A stretch of DNA of 36,017 bases, taken from a virus. This document shows positions 26,694-32,816 of this stretch, one piece after another. The DNA is taken from the IMG/VR virus record IMGVR_UViG_3300045988_159892, positions 1 through 36,017 of that record; one strand, written 5' to 3'. The notes beneath the pieces were generated by a model, which saw only the letters and a list, made by a program, of their open reading frames with translations, did no database searches and was not told the origin of the DNA. Position 1 is the stretch's first letter, and each line of letters begins with the position of its first letter. The translations under genes were made by a program, and so were the position numbers.

Positions 26694-27413
26694 TTATTCC
26701 ACTCGTTCTACCATGTCGGCAAACATCTCTCCAGGGATGACTTTTTCGTCGGGTGAGAATCCGAATCGAAGCATGAATGCCGATTTTGCCCGATAGGATT
26801 TGAAGTTCAGCATCACGTAAGATTCAATGTCTCCAACCTTCTGCTCGGATTGTTGACGAATCTGCTCTTTCATCTGCTTTACGGCCGCTTTTCGTTCTTC
26901 ATACGGTCGTTGTATCTCCTCGAAATCATCCACGATGGATGCTGCACTGGCACTCACTTCGTCCTGCATGATGGATATGCCATAGATATTCATATCTGCC
27001 TCTGAGAGCCCGGCTGCTTCGTAATCGATACCTGGTACCAGTATTTTCATCTTCTCCATATCAAACTCTCCCATGGCGGAAGGGGAATTCATGAAGATGT
27101 TTTGCTCGCGTTCGGTCTTATCGTCCAATTCAACGGCCTCGACCTTGATGTCGTAATCTGTTGCGGGTGTCCCGTCATAGCCGTTGATGATGTCAAGTGT
27201 TTGTATTCTCTTGTGTCCGGATACGAGATAAGACGAGAGACGGTTCCACACGATACCACCCAGGAAGCCCACCGTTTTGAAGTTCTTTTTGAGTTTTCGG
27301 ACTACCTCGGGATCCTCTTTTCGGGGATTGTATGGTGCAAAGCTGATTTGCGAGCGCCGAATAACAACGGTCTCACTTTGCTTGTATTTGGTTTGCTGCT
27401 TTTTCTGCGTCAT
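26694..27413 (-). CDS. ParB/Srx-fold N-terminal domain protein (IbrB / DndB-like class)
   Basis: Motifs FAPYNPRK and SGHKRIQ resemble the ParB-like nuclease domain signature. The C-terminal half is acidic and helical. Confidence 0.7.
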   Translation of the reverse strand: MTQKKQQTKYKQSETVVIRRSQISFAPYNPRKEDPEVVRKLKKNFKTVGFLGGIVWNRLSSYLVSGHKRIQTLDIINGYDGTPATDYDIKVEAVELDDKTEREQNIFMNSPSAMGEFDMEKMKILVPGIDYEAAGLSEADMNIYGISIMQDEVSASAASIVDDFEEIQRPYEERKAAVKQMKEQIRQQSEQKVGDIESYVMLNFKSYRAKSAFMLRFGFSPDEKVIPGEMFADMVERVE

Positions 27414-27468
27414 GGCGGAGTAGGATGTTTCGGGAGAGGGGGAATACTGCGTATATCTTTTCGAGGTC

Positions 27469-28068
27469 TTAGGGATAATGCTGGCGGAGAAAGTCGAACA
27501 CCTCCGGCGAAAACGTCAGACCTTGCGATTTGTTTTTGTTGTAGGATATGGGCTCCGGCAGTTTCCTTGCTTTGATGTAGGCCATTACGTCCGCCTTCTT
27601 CCATTTTGATAGAGGATAGACTTTTCCTGTGTGGCTTATGGCTTCGTTTTCGTATCCGCGCAACATAAGACAACGATTCATGCCGTCCGACTGTTTCATA
27701 CCGTAGAAAGAATATGGAATGCCGGTCTTCATGCGGACCAATTCATCAACATCTTTCAATGACAGCAGCTTTATGTTGGGATTGGGGATACAATATAGCC
27801 CACAGCGCAGAACGCGCGTCAGCGTCCAATGGGGTATCTGCATGATGCGCACGTTCGAATAACGGGTTTTGACCGCCCGCAGGTAATTGTCGATATGGTC
27901 CAATCCTTTAACGAAGTACATGAACACGCAAACGACTTCTTTGAAGTGCGGCGCCATAAGATCAAGTAGTACCTCGCTGTCTTTGCCGCAAGAATAAAAA
28001 AGGATTGCCCTGTCCGTTTTTTGACGGACAGAGGCAATCACTTCGTTTGCATGGTCTATCGGGGTCAT
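27469..28068 (-). CDS. PAPS-reductase-family PP-loop ATPase (IbrA / DndC-like class)
   Basis: PP-loop SCGKDS near the N-terminus (FYSCGKDSEVLLDL), with size and layout of phage PAPS-reductase-like proteins. Confidence 0.75.
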   Translation of the reverse strand: MTPIDHANEVIASVRQKTDRAILFYSCGKDSEVLLDLMAPHFKEVVCVFMYFVKGLDHIDNYLRAVKTRYSNVRIMQIPHWTLTRVLRCGLYCIPNPNIKLLSLKDVDELVRMKTGIPYSFYGMKQSDGMNRCLMLRGYENEAISHTGKVYPLSKWKKADVMAYIKARKLPEPISYNKNKSQGLTFSPEVFDFLRQHYP

Positions 28069-28247
28069 ATTTAACCTGTCGCCATGCCAAAGGCGGCGCG
28101 AACGTCACGATACCGACCTTGCCGGTTGGTCGCTCGCCCGCCTACTGTACGATAACGAACACGACTAACGCCGGTCGTCCGATTGATTCGATTTCTTACT
28201 GAATTTCGAGTGTGGCTTGAATCTTAAAAGTTTGACAATATGATTTA

Positions 28248-28514
28248 GCCTGCGGAAAGGCCCAGATAGGTTCGTCTATCAACTCTTCTCGTATTATTTA
28301 CGAGTGGTACTCCATTTCGCGTAGAAGTCATACCGCGAGCATTTGCGATATTATTTATGTAGCGATTGGCAGCATTGAGCGCCCGACGGCCACGGTTAGT
28401 TCCATAAAAACCACTACCAGACGATGCTCCGCCTAATTCACCAATTCTACGTAATTGATTACTGATATCATTAATTGATTTCCGTCTTCGAGTGCAGCAA
28501 TGTTTTTTAAAGGT
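28248..28514 (-). other. 89-codon open frame with no ATG/GTG/TTG start, in frame with and directly following the ASCH TAA stop
   Basis: My own translation: TFKKHCCTRRRKSINDISNQLRRIGELGGASSGSGFYGTNRGRRALNAANRYINNIANARGMTSTRNGVPLVNNTRRVDRRTYLGLSAG, then TAA at 28245-28247. The first canonical start is codon 61. Otherwise 28069-28514 has no credible ORF. Confidence 0.3.
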
Positions 28515-28922
28515 TTAACAATTTATTTTCTCGATTACTTTACCGAGGTGGTAGTCTATCTCGGTCATGGTGTATTCGTTGCCGTTGTATTCGTACACGA
28601 TCGGCTCGTTGGTCTCTTCGTCGCATACGTCGATCAACTCGGCACCTTTGACCTCGACCAATGCACCGGGGCGATTCTTTTCGTAACCTACCCAGAACTG
28701 TATGGCGTCGTAGTGATTAATGATTGTATCGACGCCTTTGTTACTGTCCCATGCTGATTCGGGCACGTCGCTGTCTTTCTTATAGACCTTGCCTGTATTG
28801 TTGTCTCGATACGAAATGTATTTAGTGTTGGTAGGTCGAACCTCGCGCGTTTCGACTGTCTTTTCGCCCGACAAAATCGCATCGAACCATTTCTGTTTGA
28901 TGATGAGAGTTAATACTTTCAT
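28515..28922 (-). CDS. ASCH-domain protein
   Basis: N-terminal MKVLTLIIKQKWFDAILSGEKTVETRE matches the ASCH signature (K..W...I..G.K..E.R). Confidence 0.75.
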   Translation of the reverse strand: MKVLTLIIKQKWFDAILSGEKTVETREVRPTNTKYISYRDNNTGKVYKKDSDVPESAWDSNKGVDTIINHYDAIQFWVGYEKNRPGALVEVKGAELIDVCDEETNEPIVYEYNGNEYTMTEIDYHLGKVIEKINC

Positions 28923-28938
28923 AATCTTTTAATTTTAG

Positions 28939-29011
28939 TAGCGGGGACAAGATTCGAACTTGTGATCTGCTGGGACACTAACCCGCCGTGTTACCATTGC
29001 ACCACCCCGCA
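28939..29011 (-). tRNA. Phage-encoded tRNA with non-canonical features; anticodon loop UUAGUGU (AGU, Thr, if read canonically)
   Basis: Reverse complement folds as a cloverleaf: U8, A14, GG in the D loop, A21, T arm ACAAG-UUCGAAU-CUUGU and a 5-nt variable loop. Odd features: U1.U72 mismatch, C13.A22, an extra A in the 3' strand of the anticodon stem (GCGGG / CCC-A-GC), and no encoded CCA. Confidence 0.65.
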
Positions 29012-29023
29012 TATATCTCATTA

Positions 29024-29055
29024 GCAAAGGTGCGCATAGTCGGCACATTGTGCAA
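29024..29055 (-). promoter_or_regulatory. Phage promoter, copy B of the duplicated module, driving tRNA-ASCH and downstream genes
   Basis: Same TTGCACAATGTGCCGA-N7-CAccTTTGC as copy A. The predicted start is about 6-13 nt upstream of the tRNA 5' end. Confidence 0.6.
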
Positions 29056-29187
29056 ATCTTGACCCCTATTTTTTATGTAAATATATTGTTTTTTTGCCTC
29101 TTCTCAAACCCCGACGGCCGAATTACCGCCGGGGGCCTCACAAAAAAAAATGCTGTTGCTTTACAGACTTTTGATATTTGAGAGAGA

Positions 29188-29508
29188 CTACATTATTTCA
29201 AGATTCAGTCGCTTGAAGCACCGCCACTCGTTCTTCTCGGTGTCGAAATACACCTGAACGGTGTCGTTCTTCTTGCGGGTGTCGTTGTCCTTTATTGAAG
29301 GCACGAGGTCAGTGCGCAGCGTGCCCCACGCCTCACGCAGGGTGCCGTCCACCTTGCGAAAGTAGAACCGCACTACCTCGGTGTGCATACGGCGCATGAG
29401 ATTGAAATTGCGCCAGGCAAGTTTTAGGCACTCGGCAAAGGCCCGGCGGGTTGTATAGTAAAATCGCCACGCCATACGCATGATGTTTGAAAGATCGGTT
29501 GTTTTCAT
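29188..29508 (-). CDS. DUF2693-like small protein
   Basis: Motif FYFRKVDGTLREAWGTL is typical of a family common on Bacteroidales mobile elements (recalled, not searched). Confidence 0.6.
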   Translation of the reverse strand: MKTTDLSNIMRMAWRFYYTTRRAFAECLKLAWRNFNLMRRMHTEVVRFYFRKVDGTLREAWGTLRTDLVPSIKDNDTRKKNDTVQVYFDTEKNEWRCFKRLNLEIM

Positions 29509-29792
29509 AGCGGTAAATCGTATTTCAAACCTAAATCGTTAGAATAAAGATTATCAAAATCATAATCTGAAATTCGCCTCGTCTTGTCAAGGTATATCTC
29601 TAAACCTCGCGTATATGATGAATGATATGAAACGACAACCCGTTGTTTTTCTGTAAGGTCTTCTTCTATATGCCTTCTGTAAAATCTGTGGTCTTTGGTA
29701 ACATACTTTATCGCCTCTTCGATCAACTCGTTCAACTCATCACCCACCAATCGAGGGGCATGAAACTTGTTTTCTTCAAAAAACTTCGTCAT
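29505..29792 (-). CDS. Hypothetical protein (95 aa)
   Basis: ATG ORF. Its stop overlaps the next start as ATGA. Confidence 0.55.
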   Translation of the reverse strand: MTKFFEENKFHAPRLVGDELNELIEEAIKYVTKDHRFYRRHIEEDLTEKQRVVVSYHSSYTRGLEIYLDKTRRISDYDFDNLYSNDLGLKYDLPL

Positions 29793-29806
29793 GGTCGTAT
29801 CGTTTG

Positions 29807-30085
29807 TTAGTTCAACATTTCTTGCAGAAACTCGGCAGCTTCTTTGTCCTCTTCGCCATCATTATTAAGAACCGCTTCAACGGTTGCGGTTTCGCTTTCG
29901 ATATACCGTAAAGGAGCTGTCCAATACGTGCCAGGATCTTCACCAATTTCTGCTTCATAATTAATGTAAGCCGTGAAATTATCTGTAGCAACTTCGAAAG
30001 AATCTTTTTGACCGTTCAATCTGGTAATATAGTCAGCTGCAAGTCTGGCAAGGTTCAGCAGCTCGTTATTGATTTCTGTTGTCAT
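29807..30085 (-). CDS. Strongly acidic small protein (92 aa; 20 D/E vs 5 K/R)
   Basis: Composition counted from the translation. Located in the early operon. Confidence 0.55.
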   Translation of the reverse strand: MTTEINNELLNLARLAADYITRLNGQKDSFEVATDNFTAYINYEAEIGEDPGTYWTAPLRYIESETATVEAVLNNDGEEDKEAAEFLQEMLN

Positions 30086-30097
30086 GGTTATTTTGAT

Positions 30098-30619
30098 TTA
30101 ATACTTTGACAAAAAACTATTATTAGAATAAAAGCACCCATTATACTCAATGAATTGGCCGAAAGTTCGTAATTCGCCATCTTGATTAAGAAATGCGAAT
30201 TTTGATCGGCCAATCATTGTTTTTATCAAAGCGTCGAATTCTTTCGAGTAAAACCCATATTCTTTTATTGTAGACACAAAATAGAATCTGAAAGCCGTCT
30301 CGCTGTCAGTCATGTCATTAAAAGGTGTGACATTCAGAATACCGTTATGAGCGAATGATATACCTGTAGTCTCGTCTCTAAAAGGGTGACAATTCGCTGT
30401 GCAAATAGACCCATGTGTAGCATATCTAAAGTGAATAATTGCAGGTTCGTCTATTGATACAATAGAGGCATATTTTACAAAGGTATTAAACCTCAAAGTC
30501 TTATATATTTTTGACATTGTCGCTATGCCACAACCGTCTGGGTTAACCGTAGCACATTGCTTTAGTAAAGCAATGTGCGGCATCGGTACACCTTTAGGCT
30601 TGATTATTAAAATACACAT
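30098..30619 (-). CDS. Class-II glutamine amidotransferase-like Ntn hydrolase (N-terminal Cys)
   Basis: I set the start at ATG 30617-30619, giving MCILIIKPKG (Cys2 as nucleophile). Motifs HFRYATHGS, NCHPF and FAHNGIL. Confidence 0.75.
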   Translation of the reverse strand: MCILIIKPKGVPMPHIALLKQCATVNPDGCGIATMSKIYKTLRFNTFVKYASIVSIDEPAIIHFRYATHGSICTANCHPFRDETTGISFAHNGILNVTPFNDMTDSETAFRFYFVSTIKEYGFYSKEFDALIKTMIGRSKFAFLNQDGELRTFGQFIEYNGCFYSNNSFLSKY

Positions 30620-30623
30620 ATAA

Positions 30624-31523
30624 TTATTCGTTAAATAAATTTTTACGATCATTGAAGAATTTCTTTTGCGAGGCCGTTAAAAACGGCAATTCGTCTATTG
30701 TAGTAGCTGTAATCAATTCAGTATTATTAAGAGAATGATTTATCAATGCGCTTAAGAATTTGACCCATTGATTTATTTTTTCAAAATTGGTCGTGCCTTG
30801 ATGCTGCCTGAACTCAATTGTCTTATGATTAACAAAAGACATGATATTCAACTTATAATATCGATCGCTATTGAATATCTGAATCAAGTCATTGAAACTC
30901 GTGATATTAGCATCTTTAATATTGCGTGCTATATTTATGATAGATTTACAGTACCTATTATTATTAGCACGTCGACTTTGTGGCATAAATGAATCTATAA
31001 TAGGCTCAATAATAGCATAATTGACTATTATACGCTGCCATTGTTTTATGGTGAATGATTCTGCCCCGAAATGAACGTGCAGGCCACATGATCTATTAAC
31101 ACGGGCTTCGTTGTCATTCAATACCTTGCAAACCTTTTTCAAGGTATTCAAACTTCTTAAAATAGGTGAAACGACTTCGCATGAATTGTAACCGTCGATC
31201 GAACCGTCTGACCCTAATTTATATGCCTTTTTCTGATCGTTATGATTATACCCGGTCACTATAGACTGAATGCCATATTCAGACAAAGCAGTGCTAATAA
31301 GATTCTTGTCTATATTATAGCATTCTATCTCAATACCTAATGTAAAACGTCGATGATTGTCTTTTGCCGCAATCTGTTCACCCTCTACATATTGTACAAG
31401 AGTATAATATTTATTCGCATCGTAACGCGAACACTTTAAATCTTTGACTAATTTGTTAATCTTTTCAGCTTTAGTAGCGTTACTTAAGACGATCGCGCGA
31501 ACTTCTGTAAAAAAATCTGACAT
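30624..31523 (-). CDS. Amidoligase_2-like (GCS2/glutamine-synthetase-fold) enzyme
   Basis: Motifs GIEIEC, GSDGSI, CEVVSP, CGLHVHFG and TIEFRQHQGT. I set the start at ATG 31521-31523 (MSDFFTEV), not the GTG 31556 in the track. Its stop lies 4 nt before the GATase-like ATG. Confidence 0.75.
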   Translation of the reverse strand: MSDFFTEVRAIVLSNATKAEKINKLVKDLKCSRYDANKYYTLVQYVEGEQIAAKDNHRRFTLGIEIECYNIDKNLISTALSEYGIQSIVTGYNHNDQKKAYKLGSDGSIDGYNSCEVVSPILRSLNTLKKVCKVLNDNEARVNRSCGLHVHFGAESFTIKQWQRIIVNYAIIEPIIDSFMPQSRRANNNRYCKSIINIARNIKDANITSFNDLIQIFNSDRYYKLNIMSFVNHKTIEFRQHQGTTNFEKINQWVKFLSALINHSLNNTELITATTIDELPFLTASQKKFFNDRKNLFNE

Positions 31524-31560
31524 AGTAGTAATATTTAATTGTTGTTTTGATTTCACGACG

Positions 31561-31592
31561 CAAATGTAAATGTTATTTTGATTTTATGCAAA
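31561..31592 (-). promoter_or_regulatory. Early-left promoter
   Basis: Minus strand: TTTG (31592-31589), 20-nt spacer, TAcaTTTG (31568-31561). The ATG is at 31523. Confidence 0.6.
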
Positions 31593-31628
31593 TTTTTCAG
31601 CAAAAAAATTTAATTGTCGTTGAAATAT

Positions 31629-31659
31629 TTTGTCTGTAATATAAATGTGACTATATTTG
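31629..31659 (+). promoter_or_regulatory. Promoter for the HTH cassette
   Basis: TTTG (31629-31632), 19-nt spacer, TAtaTTTG (31652-31659). The ATG is at 31680. TGTAAATG occurs at 31564-31571 and 31664-31671. Confidence 0.6.
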
Positions 31660-31679
31660 CGGGTGTAAATGACACATAA

Positions 31680-31928
31680 ATGCGAGTTAAAGAAATTCTA
31701 AAAGAAAGAGGTATAACCGCAAAAGAGCTTGCGGCTAAAATAGGCATGACCGAAACGGGATTGAGTATCGCGATAAGCGAAAAGGGTAATCCGCCATTGA
31801 AAAGATTACAGGATATCGCTGCGGCATTGAATGTCAGCGTCGCCGAACTGTTCGAGCCGCAGGATGCATCGCAACCTACAGGCCGATGCCCGCATTGCGG
31901 GAAGCTAATTAAAATAAAGATAGAATAA
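31680..31928 (+). CDS. XRE/Cro-type HTH protein with a C-terminal CxxC zinc-ribbon-like tail
   Basis: ITAKELAAKIGMTETGLSIAISEKGNPPLKRLQDIAAALNVSVAELF is a classic HTH_3 pattern. C-terminal CPHCG. Confidence 0.85.
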   Translation: MRVKEILKERGITAKELAAKIGMTETGLSIAISEKGNPPLKRLQDIAAALNVSVAELFEPQDASQPTGRCPHCGKLIKIKIE

Positions 31929-31929
31929 G

Positions 31930-32262
31930 ATGGAGAATGAAAATCAATTCAACGGCAACAACTCAAGTGGCTATAAGCCGTTGTCAATGGAAGCTGCAAT
32001 AAGGTTGGAGAGGCAGTTTAACGAATTGAGAGATTCAATGAGCCAATTATCTAAATTACAAGATGATTTCACTCATTTGGTTGTCAATATTCTGAGACGC
32101 AATCTTGAGATGGAATGTGATCATTCGTTGAAAATGGAAGCGCAGTATGCCTTGAAATATGATCGTGCTTTGTTTTTTACAAAGTGGTATTATCGAGGCC
32201 GGTATCGGAAATATAGGTATCGAAGAATATGCCTTGAGCGGCTTATTCGAAACATACAATAA
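31930..32262 (+). CDS. Hypothetical protein (110 aa) with a very basic/aromatic C-terminus
   Basis: Its ATG lies 1 nt after the HTH stop. C-terminus WYYRGRYRKYRYRRICLERLIRNIQ. Followed by a terminator. Confidence 0.55.
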   Translation: MENENQFNGNNSSGYKPLSMEAAIRLERQFNELRDSMSQLSKLQDDFTHLVVNILRRNLEMECDHSLKMEAQYALKYDRALFFTKWYYRGRYRKYRYRRICLERLIRNIQ

Positions 32263-32267
32263 ATAAA

Positions 32268-32306
32268 AAAGGCCGGGGATTGCTCCTCGGCCTTTCGGGT
32301 TTTATT
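32268..32306. terminator. Bidirectional intrinsic terminator between convergent cassettes
   Basis: 11-bp stem 32268-32278 / 32285-32295 (one G.U) with a 6-nt loop. T-rich on the plus side (TTTCGGGTTTTATT) and A-rich upstream, which reads TTTTTTATTTATT on the minus strand. Confidence 0.75.
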
Positions 32307-32322
32307 ATGTAATGGGTGAATG

Positions 32323-32814
32323 TTACCAGTTTTGGAATCTATACGTTCCTGTTTCTTCAAAGCTCTTTATCACAAAAACCTTTTTTTCGGTTTCCCCTTG
32401 ATAATCTGAATTGACTTGAATCGTTTTATACGATGAATAGAATACGGAATAAGTATTATACGTTACCCACAGAATATACGATCCATTTTTTACGTTTTCC
32501 AACGTAAAAACGCCCGGCAAATATCCCGTCTGATATTCAGGCTCTGCAACTGTTCCGTCAGAATAGGTTATTTTGCCATCCGATACAACCGAAGATTTAC
32601 TTTTTTCGGCATCAACTGTTTTTCCGATATTTTCAAATAAGCATACGCAAGCCTTGTCAGCTAACTGTTCTTGCTCCAACTCACCCGTAAAATAATTTTC
32701 GTATTGAGTATATACTTGAACAAAAAAGGTTTGTTGCTCCGACTCTTCGTCTTTTTCGCATCCGTAAAATATAAGAGCCGATGTGGCTATTGCCAAAAGT
32801 AGAATCTTTTTCAT
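32323..32814 (-). CDS. Lipoprotein, predicted surface-exposed (163 aa)
   Basis: Signal peptide MKKILLLAIATSALIFYG followed by Cys19, then the acidic stretch EKDEESEQ resembling the Bacteroidota lipoprotein export signal. Its ATG lies 2 nt after the nuclease stop. Confidence 0.75.
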   Translation of the reverse strand: MKKILLLAIATSALIFYGCEKDEESEQQTFFVQVYTQYENYFTGELEQEQLADKACVCLFENIGKTVDAEKSKSSVVSDGKITYSDGTVAEPEYQTGYLPGVFTLENVKNGSYILWVTYNTYSVFYSSYKTIQVNSDYQGETEKKVFVIKSFEETGTYRFQNW

Positions 32815-32816
32815 CC

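Noticed and set aside
27410-27673. 87-aa minus-strand ORF overlapping the 3' end of the PAPS-reductase-like gene
   Set aside because: It is an out-of-frame overlap with a motif-supported gene, and its translation is Arg/Pro/Ser-rich and not protein-like.
28939-29011. The tRNA as an ochre (UUA) suppressor explaining readthrough of the ASCH TAA
   Set aside because: UUA is present in the loop (UUAGUGU), but in any canonical 7-nt loop geometry positions 34-36 are AGU, with no U33 preceding UUA. Many genes here end in TAA and appear correctly delimited. The idea is kept only as a remote possibility under the readthrough finding.
28939-29011. The tRNA as a bacterial attachment-site remnant (attL/attR)
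   Set aside because: It is internal to the prophage, 28 kb from the integrase, between phage genes, and directly downstream of a duplicated phage promoter module.
29109-29134. Hairpin CCCCGACGG-N8-CCGCCGGGG as the terminator of the early-left operon
   Set aside because: On the transcribed (minus) strand the long U-run (A9 at 29142-29150 on the plus strand) lies upstream of the stem, and only UUU follows it. It is therefore not a convincing intrinsic terminator, though it may still be a weak or processing structure.
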